A stretch of DNA of 64,000 nt from Octopus vulgaris (Eukaryota), in assembly GCA_951406725.2 (NCBI GenBank), contig OX597820.1:75206001-75270000 (forward strand). Direction: 5' to 3'. Position numbers and translations under genes: made by a program. Of the stretch, positions 41,511-53,815 are shown in pieces. Position 1 is the first letter of the stretch. The number at the start of each line of letters is the position of its first letter. The notes beneath the pieces are model-generated. The model ran no database searches. It saw only the letters and a list, made by a program, of their open reading frames with translations, and had not been told where the DNA came from.

Positions 41511-44500
41511 GTTTCTTTATTAGCCACACAGGGCTGCACACAGATAGAACAAATTACAAGGTAGAGCTTTTCTTTTGAAGGTTTAAAAAAAAAAAAAAAA
41601 AAGGAAGGGGGGAGTTTCGATCAAAAGGGATCGTAAAAGGAGAGAAAGAGGACAAAAAAAGGGGGGTTAAAAAAAGGGGGAGAGGAAAAAAAAAAAAAAA
41701 AAATGATCAATAGGGATCGTTATCACAGAAATGTCAATATGAAGTGTAAAGGGGAGGACAGGTGAGGTTTACCCGTGGAAAGAAAAGCCTACGGAAAAGA
41801 CCACGGTAACCTCGGTCAATGATGTCACATTTTATATTTCTTTTTTTTTTTTTTGCAAATAAGCAACTCTCTGTTTTCGATTTCTGGGTTCATAGGACTA
41901 TGCTCAAGGTGGCTTCGTCATTCATACGCGCCATTCTTGCTACATTCACCCATCTTTTTTTAAAACATTCGCTAGACAAAACTTGCCTCTCTACTCTCAC
42001 TTTCCTTTTCAAGTGGTACTTGAAGAAGTTGATGAGAGATTGACCAGAGAGGAAAGTGTTTGTCTCCAATCCTTTCAGACGCGTCCACCAGATACATTCT
42101 TTCGCCATAGCCACAAGGATGATGAAAATAGCTCTTCCTTCCCGTTTGAAGGAAGGAGGCGTGACAATATTGACGATAGACTCAGCTGATAAACCGACTC
42201 GTCCCACACGTGACAGCAGTTGTTCGACATAAGCCCACAGGTCGGAAATTGTTGGACACTGAACGAGTGCGTGCAGAACGGTTTCGTCGCTCTGACCGCA
42301 TCTCGGGCAGGTCGGCCCCGTGTTTCTCGAGCCGTGTCTGTAGAGCTTATCCCGAACGGGTAGCGCTTCTCGGTAGCACTGCCAGGCCAGGGATCTCTGG
42401 AAGTTGTCCATGGGCCCTGGCCCGAAAGTCGTCCTGAACAGGCGGGTCAGGTACTCCTCGTCGACGTCCAGGTTCGCCCCGAGCTCGTCGTCGTACCTCC
42501 CCTCCACTAAACCCCTATAGAATGCTTTGGTTGTGTTGAAGTCACTTAAGGTCGACCCAGGACGGCAGAGTTGCTTGAGAGCAACGCGACACTCCCGGTG
42601 CCATTCGCCCTTCCTCGGCCTCTTTTTGATCCACGACTGCAGTTCGGTCATGGAGACGAGCTGCGGGAAAGCGTGCCTCACAAACGGCGACCACACCTGT
42701 TCACCGTCGTCTACATAGAGCCAGAGATGCCGCAGTCTCAGCGCGTGTCTGCGCATCATCAACCACGGCATGCCCAGCCCTCCTTTTAACGGGTGTTGAC
42801 AGCAAATGGATCGCCTGACCATCGGGACGCATCCTTTCCACAAGAAGCGAAAGAGGATGCGTTGTAGTTTGGTGATGGTAGGGTCGGGACAAGGTACGAC
42901 GGTCAGGCGGTAGTAGATGACGGACGCGATGTACGTGTTCGCCACCTCCGCTCGACCTTTTAGGGACAGTTTCCTCTCGGCCCATTGCCGGGCGAGAGTG
43001 ACCACCCTACTCGTTATCTCGTTCCAGTTCTTCTCCACTTGGAGGTCCGGACCAAACCAGACCCCGAGCAACTCAACCGGGCCGTCGGTCCAGCGTCCCA
43101 CGACGGAGGCGCTGGTGGACGGCATGGGCTTGCTTCTCCAGGTGCCTAGTCGCAAGCCCACTGACTTTTCCCGGTTGATTTTCGCTCCTGTCACCGCTTC
43201 GTAGTTTTTCAGTGTCTCGCCGACCAGCTCGATGTGCTCGTGGCTAGACACTATGACGGTGACGTCGTCCGCGTATGCAGACACGCTCGTCCCGTATCCC
43301 AATTCTCGCGGGATGCCCCTTAGAGTCGCCAGCTTCCGCAGTAGTGGCTCAAGAGTCAATACGTATAGAAGCGCCGAGAGGGGGCATCCCTGACGGACCG
43401 AACGTGCAATGTCGAAAGGTCTCGATAGATGTCCATTTACGCGAATTACCGAACGGATGCCTCTGTACAAGGCAGCTATCCATCCGCGGAAAACGGGACC
43501 GAAACCAGCCGCTCTCAGGACTGCCCCCAAGTATCGATGGTCTACCCTATCAAAGGCTTTCGATTGATCCAAGTTGATCAGGGCCCCACCCATGCCAGGT
43601 TCGTTAACTACCCTGTCTATGATGTAGCGCATCAGATGGAGGTTGTCATGGATGGTCCGGCCTGGCACGGCGCATGTTTGCGCCTTGTCGACCAGTTTCT
43701 CGATGACAAGCGCCAACCTCTTGGCTAGCACCTTGGCCAAAATTTTCAAGTCTGCATTAAGCAGAGTGATGGGCCTAAAGTTATCTATTACATTTCCCTT
43801 GTTTAGATCTTTCTTCAGCAGTGTTACGGCTCCTCGGCTCACAAAACCAGGAATGCTCCCGTTTTGCTGCCAGTTGCAGTACACCGCCGCCAAGAGATCT
43901 CCAAACAAGTCTGGCATACAATTGTAAAGCTCGTAGGGTAGACCATCCAAACCCGGTGATTTGTCCCTCGAGCATTCTGCCATCGCTTCCCGCACTTCCG
44001 CCGCCGTGATGGCACCTTCGCAGCACCCTGCCTTTCTTGTCGAGAGTCGTGGTAGGCTATGTAGGTAGGCACTGAAGTCCACCCTACGTTCTTGCCCTCC
44101 ACTCGTTCCGAACAGTCGGGCAAAATGCTGCTGAAAGGCTTCACACATTTTACTTGGCTCGAGCAATTCGTGCCCCTGTTCATCTACCAGTGACCGAATG
44201 GTGGCTTTGTTGCCCTGTTGCGCCTCTGCCACCCGGGCCTCTCTCGCGGCTCCAACACCTTCGTTCCTTAGAGCACGCATCCTAGCTCTGACAGCACATC
44301 CTTCGTGTTTGGCGTTGAAGTGTTGGTCGAGGGCCAACCTCGCCGCCAAAACGTCGGATGCGATGCCGCTTCTAATTGCCTCTTCTAGCTTCTTAACTAG
44401 CTCACCCTCTACTCTATTTCTATCTATGGCTAGTGCTTTGCTGTACCTAATCGCTTCTGCTTTTACTGCTCTCTTGAGGGCAAACCACCATTTGTTGTTG

Positions 44501-44901
44501 ATGATGGCTCCCGTCAAAGCCCTCTTTACTAGTGTGCTAATCCGGTCTCTGAAAACTTGTCTCGATGGGAAAGACGCGTTTAGTTTCCAGTATCCGGGAC
44601 CCTGCCTAAGTGTCTTACCTAAGTCTAGCGTACATGTCACAAGTTTGTGATCCGTGTAGCTGACTATGTGGAATTGTGGACATCCTATGCTATCTCTATC
44701 TACTGTCCTACACAGTATCCTATCTAGATACGATCTCGATGACCCGATGCGGTTGCTCCATGTCCACGTTGGCGCATTCGGGTGGTCTAGTCGGAACCTG
44801 TCAGACAGTTGAAAGCGTCTGAGCAGGTCTCTGAGGCATTTGCATCCCCGTCTATTCCTATCTCTACCCACGTAGTCTACATGCGTGTCCAAGGTAGCAT
44901 T
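41511..44901 (-). mobile_element. Tx1/L1-clade non-LTR retrotransposon, 5'-truncated inside the APE endonuclease, with 3'UTR
   Basis: GC-rich block containing ORF2. The 3'UTR (41889-41511) ends AATAAAGAAAC. Candidate 13-bp TSD: gatagatagatat (41498-41510) / gattgatagatat (44902-44914), at the edge of a (GATA)n tract. Confidence 0.92.
41890..44901 (-). CDS. LINE ORF2 (partial APE endonuclease + reverse transcriptase + CCHC knuckle), ~1000 codons without stops
   Basis: APE C-terminal motifs NATLD, SYLDRILC, TDHKLV. RT motifs KSPGLDGLP, NFRPITLLNADLKILAK, LDQSKAFDRVDH, RQGCPLS, YADD. Zinc knuckle CPRCGQSDETVLHALVQC. The first ~27 aa of the tracked ORF are read-through from flank/SINE. Confidence 0.92.
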   Translation of the reverse strand, partial: NATLDTHVDYVGRDRNRRGCKCLRDLLRRFQLSDRFRLDHPNAPTWTWSNRIGSSRSYLDRILCRTVDRDSIGCPQFHIVSYTDHKLVTCTLDLGKTLRQGPGYWKLNASFPSRQVFRDRISTLVKRALTGAIINNKWWFALKRAVKAEAIRYSKALAIDRNRVEGELVKKLEEAIRSGIASDVLAARLALDQHFNAKHEGCAVRARMRALRNEGVGAAREARVAEAQQGNKATIRSLVDEQGHELLEPSKMCEAFQQHFARLFGTSGGQERRVDFSAYLHSLPRLSTRKAGCCEGAITAAEVREAMAECSRDKSPGLDGLPYELYNCMPDLFGDLLAAVYCNWQQNGSIPGFVSRGAVTLLKKDLNKGNVIDNFRPITLLNADLKILAKVLAKRLALVIEKLVDKAQTCAVPGRTIHDNLHLMRYIIDRVVNEPGMGGALINLDQSKAFDRVDHRYLGAVLRAAGFGPVFRGWIAALYRGIRSVIRVNGHLSRPFDIARSVRQGCPLSALLYVLTLEPLLRKLATLRGIPRELGYGTSVSAYADDVTVIVSSHEHIELVGETLKNYEAVTGAKINREKSVGLRLGTWRSKPMPSTSASVVGRWTDGPVELLGVWFGPDLQVEKNWNEITSRVVTLARQWAERKLSLKGRAEVANTYIASVIYYRLTVVPCPDPTITKLQRILFRFLWKGCVPMVRRSICCQHPLKGGLGMPWLMMRRHALRLRHLWLYVDDGEQVWSPFVRHAFPQLVSMTELQSWIKKRPRKGEWHRECRVALKQLCRPGSTLSDFNTTKAFYRGLVEGRYDDELGANLDVDEEYLTRLFRTTFGPGPMDNFQRSLAWQCYREALPVRDKLYRHGSRNTGPTCPRCGQSDETVLHALVQCPTISDLWAYVEQLLSRVGRVGLSAESIVNIVTPPSFKREGRAIFIILVAMAKECIWWTRLKGLETNTFLSGQSLINFFKYHLKRKVRVERQVLSSECFKKRWVNVARMARMNDEATLSIVL

Positions 44902-44931
44902 GATTGATAGATATATGTGTAATAATATATT

Positions 44932-45052
44932 CTTTTCTACTCTAGGCACAAGGACCGAAATTTTTGAGGCGGGGGCTGTCAATTAGATCGACCCAAGTAT
45001 GCAACTGGTGCTTAATTTATAGACACCCGAAAGGATGAAAGGCAAAGTCGAG
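44932..45052 (-). mobile_element. 5'-truncated SINE family A next to the LINE 5' junction
   Basis: Tail cttttctactctaggcacaagg plus core, flanked by atatgtg(ta)ataatatatt repeats (44913-44931 / 45063-45079). Confidence 0.78.
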
Positions 45053-45628
45053 CATGGTTGGAATATGTGATAATATATTTATAAATACATTCACAGCAGA
45101 AAACAAAAGAGAGACTGGTCACGTGTGATGGTTTTCAAACAACACCATCGATAAGAGAAAAATTAGTGCTCATTTTATGATGCGAGTAAATAGCAGAATA
45201 TATGTAAAAAAATTTCTTTGGATAACATTATATTTTGAATTCTTTCTAGTCACCAGTAAATCGGTCAATATTGGTAACAATTAGTAAACGTTTGTATTAC
45301 ACTATGGTCGGTAGTATAATGCTCTTATTCGGTTTAACTATACCTGCTATGCATTCTCTAGTTAAACCAATGTGAAGTAAATTAATAAACGATGAAAAAA
45401 TCTAAGAAGCAGACAACTTTATATTTGCCATTGTAAATCAACGATTCCATCTTCACCAGGATTCATTGCAACGAATGCCATTTACAAGTTATTTGAACCT
45501 AACACTAACATTAGAAAATAAATTCACGTACATTGATTGTCTTAGTAATAAATAGTGCTTAAGTAGAACAGTTAACTACGTGTTCGCTTCCCTTGAAAAA
45601 TATTTCCATGATTAGTAGAAATGACACT

Positions 45629-46025
45629 GCGAACTGGTAGACTTTAGCACTCCAAGCAAAATGCGTAACGGTATTTCGTCTGCGTTACGTTGTGAGTTCA
45701 AATTCCGCCGAGGTCGACTTTGCCTTTCATCCTTTCGGGGTCGATAAATTAAGTACCAGTTACGCACTGGGGTCGATGTAATCGACTTAATACCTATGTC
45801 TGTCCTTGTTTGTCCCCTCTGTGTTTAGCCCCTTGTTGGTAATAAAGAAATAGGTATTTCGTCTGTCTTTACGTCCTAAGTTCAAATTCCGTCGAGATTG
45901 ACTTTACTTTTCATTCCTTTCGGTGTCGATAAAATAAATACCAGTCGAGCACTGGGGACGATGTAATCAACTTAACCCACCCCAACTCCTGAACTTGTTG
46001 GTCTTGTGCCAAAATTGGAAACCAA
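45629..46025 (+). mobile_element. SINE family A, dimeric array
   Basis: Same layout as 3578-4150, with junction aataaagaaata|ggtatttcgtctg at ~45853. Confidence 0.85.
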
Positions 46026-48280
46026 TAATCAGTAAAAATAAAGCAGAGTGTAAAGTTTGAAGAAAAATATTTATAGGAAATATATCTCTGTTTTAATTTT
46101 AACTTTGTGGTTTGTGTAAAGCAACATTGCAAAAACAGTTCTATACATAATTGCTATATGTATGAGAACATGAGCCGCAATGCTTGCGTCTCGATTAACA
46201 GAGCGCGTGATCCGATATTTATTTACCGCTGAAACAATACTGTCGATATAAAAAGAACATCAATAACATTGACTTTGCTAATGGGTATCTTTGATTATTT
46301 CACACGAGAAATTTCAGATAAATTATCGGCAATCTGTTTGTGTGATATTCTTATTCGCTGCAGAGTAGCTAAATACTATCGGTGAACATACCAATGGAAA
46401 CATAGTGTACGATATAAAAGTACCAAAGGTGAGAGCGTTAGATCAGGCTGTCCCCTCTCTTATAACAAAGAAATGTTTCAAATATGTTGAGATATAAGAC
46501 ACAATATATTTGCTCCTTTAAGATTGGGCTTTGTCTACAAACGTTTGGTTCAAAATATATTGCTATTTCTTATCCATTTCTCGCAGGCATTTCCTGCTAT
46601 CATACAAAATGTATAACTTGTACAATAGCACGATAATGTGATAAATGGAGAAATTTAATATACATATATGCGAGTAAGATCCTGATCGGATATAAAATGC
46701 CATTTGGAAAGAAGCTCTAAGAGAAAATGGTAAACCGATATCTTATTTCTGTTAAAATCAGTTGAATCATGAAAGCAAGTGATTTCCGTAACGCTGTTAT
46801 TCCGTTTAGAGATGCCAAACGGACAATACATTTTCTTGTATGATAAGAAAAAAAGTGGCCTGGATTTCTCATTAGAATTTCCTATATGATGGAAATTCTT
46901 TCTTAGAATACCGAAAGCACATTGCTATGTAATCCTTCTTTGTGTATGTGCCTTGTTATAAAACCTACACATCAAATCTCTTTATTGGTAATCCAGATAT
47001 TCGGCCTATGTTAATGTCTTTATTTCGACACTAAGTTAACATGTCGAGCGTTAGTTTATTTTTATTATCTTAAAAGACAGAGTAGTGATTCAGTGCAAAA
47101 TAGTGATTTTACAAAATTAAGATATATATACGTACATATATACATGCATACATACATACACATGAAGAAAGCAAGTGAGAGAGTTGTGTATGTGTGTGTC
47201 TGTGCGTGTTTACATATGTATATATACAAATACACTTACATATATTTCTATTTCTATATACAGACACATTACATACACATACACAAACATGTGTGTATAT
47301 ATATGTGTGTGTGTGTGTACCTATGCATATACATATATATACATATGTATGTATATACATATGTATATATACATATATATACATATATATATATATATAT
47401 ATTCATATATATATGCATGTATACATGTATGTACGTACTATGTAATTATGTATGTAACATACGTAAAAAATGAAAACTTTTAAAATGTGAAAAAAGGAAA
47501 AAAAGACGAGATCAACTTTTCGTGTCAACATTATCGTGTTTTAAGTGCTTATGTGTTAAAATATTCTGGAAACTGCTGGTTTAACAGATTTAATGTACTT
47601 TCCTTGACAAAGCAATCGCATTTACGGATCTGTAGGATGTCTATATAGGCAACAGAATACAACGAATATGAAGTCGTAACATGGCTGCATTTCTGACAAG
47701 CAAAGGCTGTTTTAATAAATCGGTTCTACTCTTCCATCCGTTCTGATCGCGTGACATGTTTGCCGGGCATTTTCAGTGTCACTAGGCTGTCTACACCATC
47801 CAAAACCCTTTCTATTTTGCTTATTTTAGTTATTGGACTTTGGCCACAATGGGGCACTGTCTTGGAGTGTTTAGTCGAACAAATCTAGTTTTTATGTCTC
47901 GTTTTTTTTTTACTCTTATTTATTCAATTTCAATTTTGTACATTACAGGTGATACACAAAACATAATGCTGCTTAAAATATATTTCCAAAGTGTTCATGC
48001 ATCTTGTATAATACATATTTCCAATTATTTTCAACGACTATGGTAACTTGCAACTTATGAAATGAGAACGTTATATTACTCAGAACGTACGATGAAACAA
48101 AGGCCAAATAAACGTCTGAAAGTATGCATGGGCATTTAGGACAAACTTATGAAAATTCTTTGAACAGGCAAAGGGTTAATTTACCAAACAGCTCTTGTAT
48201 TATCAATACAGCCAATGAAAACTGGTGTCGTATATTTATATGAGCAGCACACAGAAATATGAGAGTCTTTTCTCAGCATA

Positions 48281-49166
48281 TACGCGGTCTGATCAATAAG
48301 TATCCGGTCTGTTGCCATAGTAACGAAGCTAAAATACGAAGAGTAAAGCCGCTAGGCAAAAGTTGACCTTGAACTCTGTTGTGTATGTACATTACGTTTT
48401 GGAGTTCTAGCTCACTTCCACTGTTTACTGCAGTGATTGGAAGGAAGCTGTGTAGCGTGTGATCGTCGTATTGACCATGACAGAGAAAGTTCTCATGATG
48501 ATACCTGCTCAGAGGCCTACGCAAAGTTGCTGAAAGTGTATGAAGAAAAGGGTATGAGCTGCCCACATGTGTACGATTGGTTGAGACGTTTCCAAGATGG
48601 CTGAAAAAACACCAATATTCACGAACGTTTAGAGAGACGCACAACTCGCATAACTCAGAAAAACATCGTAGATGTGCATTTAGCTGTCAGTTGAAGTCGT
48701 TGAATCACCATCCGTGAGTTATCAGAGTTATGAGAGGATGTGAAGATTAGTTACGGTTTTGTTCAGTCCATTTGGGTATGAGACGCGTGTCTGCCACGTT
48801 TGCGCCAAAACTGCTTTCAGCTGACCAACAAAACATTCGGGTTTCAGTTCTACAAAATTTCCTTAACTGTGTCGAGAATGATGAAAAATTCTGAAGATTT
48901 AGCGTAGGCCTCTGACCAGGTATCGCCAAGCTTTTGGCAAAATTTGAAACAGATTTTCTGCTCTACTTTCTCTCTCATGTTGAATGCAACGATCACACGC
49001 TACATACCTTCCTTCCAAACACTGTTGTAAATAGCGGAAGTGGGATAGAACGTTAATACTTAGTGGGCATGCACAGCAACGTTCACGGTCAATCTGTGCC
49101 AAGCGGCTTCACGATGTGCCTTGTTACTATAGCAACAGTCCGGATACTTATTGATCAAACCACGTA
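48281..49166 (+). mobile_element. Mariner deletion derivative with both TIRs
   Basis: ~45-bp TIRs tacgcggtctgatcaataagtatccggtctgttgccatagtaac / gttactatagcaacagtccggatacttattgatcaaaccacgta, with TA ends. Internal N-terminal transposase relic YDWLRRFQDG...ITIREL...GMRRVSATFAPKLLSADQQNIRV. Confidence 0.85.
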
Positions 49167-49457
49167 AAACTATTACTGTGAATATACGTCACTGACAACA
49201 CGACCAATGATGAAAATATTGCATTTACTTTTAACAAGCATTTACTACAACAGAAATTGCGGCTTGAAGTTCCAAAATAACGTAGAGACTGCTTCACGTA
49301 ATTAAAAGAGTTTGTCTTTAGAGCAATACAAGAATAATTACAGAAAATAATGTGATATTGTGTAGATATTAATTTTGCTTTTTGCTGCAACATATATTTC
49401 TTAGAAAAGTCGATTAATCATAGAAACGTGTATCGGTGTTAAAAAAAAAACAACATA

Positions 49458-49880
49458 CAGGCGTATGGGTGATAAGGAGCTTGCTTCCCAACCGCATGGT
49501 TCCGGGTTCAGTCCCACTACGTGGCACATTTGTCAAATGTCTTCGACTCTAAGTCTCAGGCCGACCAAAGCCTTTTGGGTGAATTTGGTAGACGAAAACT
49601 GTAAGAATCCTGTCGTATATATATGCCTTATATGTTTATGCGCGCGCATGTGTCTTTGCGTTTGTCCTCATCACCGCTTGAGAACCGGCGCTGGTGTGTT
49701 TACGTTATCGTCAATTAGCGGTTCGGCAAAAGAACCCGATAAAATAAGTGCTAGGCTTGCAAAGAATAAATCCCGGGGCGGGGGGGGGGATTTCTTCGAC
49801 TACAAAAGCAATCCTTTTAAGGCGGTGCACCAGTATGGCCAAAGTCAAATTACTGAGAGAAATAAAAGAATAAAAGAGTA
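49458..49880 (+). mobile_element. SINE family B, full length
   Basis: Head gggttcagtcccactacgtggcac, body agcggttcggcaaaaga, tail aataaaagaataaaagag. Confidence 0.8.
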
Positions 49881-51028
49881 CATCTGAAGTAGACGGTGGT
49901 CACTCCTGTTGCAAGCGACAGTTGAGGGTGCCTGAACCCCTGGCTGAGTAACCTACAGAGATGATTGGCTTATAGTAATCAAGTGATTGTATGGCAATTT
50001 AGCTCATTCTCTCCATCAGATCAACTTTGTTTGTACAGCTGCACGATGTGCCATACATCAGATATCCAGGTGGTCGTAGATCAACGTCAAATTAAATGCA
50101 TTGCTAGTGAACACAACTCACTGTTCTGTCCAGGAATCGAAAATATGATATGGAGATCGCGAATGAACACCCTAACCATTGGGGCACATAGATACTGTGC
50201 ACGTAAATAGATAATATCCGAAATAATTCATTTTTTAGCAATTAGGAAAGACGTTGAAGGAGGAACATGGAATATATTCTGTAAACTTATAGCATGCATA
50301 AATATATTGAAATATTTCTTGAGCTATTCATGCAGAAATTCATTACTTCAGCGCAGAGCGCTACGAGATGGAAAATAAAAAATTGCTGATACAATAAAGC
50401 AATCAAATGCTACGCAGAGACACACACATGCGTGTACACAGACACACACATGTATAACCTTGTATACACATACTTGCACACAAACACACTCACGCACACA
50501 CATATAGAGACATATGCATGCGCATATCCATACTTACATATATACACAGAAGCCTTCATAAATATGTACACACATATATGTACATATATACACATCTATT
50601 TTATTATATAATTATGTACATATATACACATGTCGAGTTAGAAGTATCTGCCGTACAGTAGTTCTATACACTGAAAGACCAGCTCATTGATTTAGCGTAC
50701 GAAGTGGCTGAATTTTCCATGAAACCTGTACTCTTAATGGAAAACTACATATTCTTCGCGTGACATAAGGTGAAATGAAAGTTCTACTACACTCCATATG
50801 ATGGAGTTTAAAAGGATTCGCTTACGCAACTTCATTCTGAAGGTTTGGGTCGAATAGAGGGCAAGAAAATGTATTTAGCCAAACAGTAACTGATTTTTAT
50901 CATGAAGGAAATATTGCCGCGGGGCTTTTAACATTTAAAGGAAAGGTATAACTTTATCAACCAATAACAGAAGAAACCGTTCCTTGAGGATTGAACAAAT
51001 AAACCACGCACAAGTACAGAAACACATA

Positions 51029-51175
51029 TATTTCTTTATTGACCACAAGGGGCTAAACATAGAGGGGATAAACAAAGAGAGACAAAGGGATTAAGTCGAT
51101 TACATTGACCCCAGTGCGTAACTGGTACTTTATTTATCGACCCCGAAAGAATGAAAGGCAAAGTCGACCTCGGGT
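51029..51175 (-). mobile_element. 5'-truncated SINE family A with the alternative (Tx1-like) tail
   Basis: Core plus tail ...ctatgtttagccccttgtggtcaataaagaaata. 14-bp TSD tacagaaacacata (51015-51028 / 51176-51189). Confidence 0.85.
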
Positions 51176-51529
51176 TACAGAAACACATAGGGAAACAAAT
51201 GTAGATATTCATATTATATATGCGCGTGTGTGTATGTATTATATGACGGCCTCTCAGCTTCTGCACAGTTTCCGTCTAACAAATTCACTCAAGAAAGCAC
51301 AGTATCACTCGAGGTTATATTAAAGGTCACTTGCACAAAATGGAATGAACGCTAAACCATGTGTTTGCTTCTTAACAGCAGAGGTAAGCCAGCATTATAC
51401 ATGTACATACACACATACGCACACACACACATATACACACAAATGAGTATGTGTATATATATATATGTGTGTGTGCGTGTGTGTATATGTGTGTGTGTGT
51501 ATAAATATATATATACTCACACATACACG

Positions 51530-52357
51530 CAGGGTGTGATGAGTAAATTGCCACCTATATGGTAGGGACAGTTGGATATCGTCTGTGAGGAAAACAGCTC
51601 CATGACGCAATTCACTCTGCCAGAAATTTGGGAACAACATGCTGTGCTGCTTGGCATTCGCGCCGGATGCTCCAATACAAACCTTTCAAAGTGTTTGGGT
51701 GTCGATCTGAGGAGAGCGCAATTTGAGGACATGTACCAAGAGTGATAAAAATCAAACATCCAATCAACATCATGGTGTTTGGAGTGATCACTAGTGAAGG
51801 CGACGCTATACCACCATTCATCTTCCCACACGGCCTCCCACTCAACACGGAGGCGTACATCAAGTGGTTAGAGGAAGTAATACTGCCCTGTGTCAAGTGG
51901 GTGACTGCTAGAAGACCCTATATCTGTCAACAGCACTCTGCTACATGCTACACAAACGGGAGAACCCAGTCATGGCTGTCAGATAATTTCTGCGACCACA
52001 TCACCCATAACATTAGGCCGCTCAACTCCCCAGACTGCAACCCCCTTGATTATTATCTGTGCGGTGCGGTCGATCGAGAGACAAAAAAAAAACCTTGTAA
52101 CACCAAAAATGAACTGAAGGCAAGGATTACGGTAGCATTCACCAACTTAAACAAGAGTACCGTCCAGAAGAGTTGCAGGAAATTCCGAAGCCATCTGAAG
52201 GCTATGGTTGAAGCCAATGGCGATATTATTGAATAAATTTATTCTTTAGTATTCCAATGTATTTTTATGTAATTTTGGTAACTATATGTTAAAATGAGAT
52301 GCCAGTGTTATTTTCAGTTTTGCGTAATTTGAACAAGATTTTATTCACCGCGCGCTG
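51530..52357 (+). mobile_element. Tc1/mariner superfamily DD37D (maT-type) transposon, internally deleted, inactive
   Basis: ORF 51742-52236: MVFGVITSEG...QQHSATCYT...NSPDCNPLDYY...LKAMVEANGDIIE. There are 37 residues between the second catalytic position (D->H here) and the third D. Imperfect TIRs cagggtgtgatgagtaaa / tttattcaccgcgcgctg. Confidence 0.85.
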
Positions 52358-52371
52358 CATCTATCTATCTG

Positions 52372-52454
<83 letters not shown>

Positions 52455-52660
52455 GTGTGTATGTGTATTTAGAAATATATACTATTTTACGGACATGTAA
52501 TGACACTCGTTCTTTTCGCAGACCTTTTCCGTATTTTCATCCTGTCTAGACTTGAGCCATGCTTGAAACGTCACTGCTAATTTTCGATATGAAACTTTCA
52601 CTGAGCGTCAATCTTATATATCGACTTTCTACATCGAATTGATTTTTGATGCATCTTCTT

Positions 52661-52708
<48 letters not shown>

Positions 52709-53277
52709 TGTCATATATGTGTATCTTACATGTGTGTGAGCGTTTGCGTGTAAATAAAGATACGTATCTTTACATACACGCATAGCCATATACATGTGAT
52801 AAATAAAGATATACATATATACATAAACCTATAATATATGAGTGCGTGTTTGTATTCGAAAATATAGATATAAGAAAAATATATAAAGTATAAATAGATA
52901 TGCACACGTTGTTGAATAGTCACTGACTACTCATGCGTTCCTCCACCGTTTGTCGGTTTTACTTTTCGCCCTGCAGTGTATTCAACAATCTGAATTATAC
53001 AACCGGTTTTACTGGGTAACATGTTACTTGTAGCGCTCAAGAACGGTCTCCTGTTTCGATTCAAATTACCGAACGTCTGGATTACTAGGCAGCAATCAAA
53101 CCAACACCAGTCTTCTAGTTGTGGTGTAACTCAAATACAAAACTCCGGATTATCTGCTCCTTTCCTTCCCTCTGGACTTTTTCCTTCTTCAAACGAACAG
53201 TATTAATCGATGCGCCATTTCCAGCATACTTTTTTCTATCTAAAAGTTTTGCTGATGGTCAAACTAATATACACTAT

Positions 53278-53398
53278 TTTACTCTTTTACTTCTTATAGT
53301 CATTTGACTGCGGCCATGCTGGAGCACCGCCTTTAGTCGAGCAAATCGACCCCGGGACTTATTCTTTGTAAGCCCAGTACTTATTCTATCGGTCTCTT
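53278..53398 (-). mobile_element. SINE family B, 3' fragment
   Basis: Near-identical to 2835-2950. Confidence 0.8.
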
Positions 53399-53516
53399 AA
53401 TATTGATATATTAAGATATATTAAATACATTCTAATGTAGATGTCTATAGCAATTAAAACCAAAAAGGCAAATTAAATAAACGATGGTGATATATTATAT
53501 ATGTATATGTATATAT

Positions 53517-53594
<78 letters not shown>

Positions 53595-53602
53595 GTATAT
53601 AC

Positions 53603-53643
<41 letters not shown>

Positions 53644-53687
53644 AAAAAAGTCAAGATAGAAAATGCTAAAATGATTTCATAAAAACA

Positions 53688-53729
53688 TTTCAGTACCGGT
53701 TTCAGTCATTGAGACTTTTTCAATTGTAA
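53688..53729 (-). ncRNA. Hammerhead-like motif with compensatory U3-A8 core
   Basis: UUGAAAA-aguc.ucaau.gacu-GAAA-CCGG-UA-cug. Stem II is a perfect 4 bp and stem III is palindromic (ACCGGU). Stem I is weak in this copy. The motif sits between (TA)n tracts. Confidence 0.5.
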
Positions 53730-53766
53730 CAATTAAACAATTAAATTTAGAAAAATTAAAAGAAAA

Positions 53767-53812
<46 letters not shown>

Positions 53813-53815
<3 letters not shown>

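Noticed and set aside
40021-41541. Many YI/CV/HT/IYLS-repeat ORFs here and across the window
   Set aside because: They are translations of di- and tetranucleotide microsatellites.
41983-44650. Plus-strand and alternate-frame ORFs over the LINE
   Set aside because: Shadow ORFs of a GC-rich coding sequence with no independent motifs.
44902-44982. Apparent N-terminus of the 1030-aa ORF
   Set aside because: It lies in flank and SINE sequence outside the TSD; the LINE is 5'-truncated.
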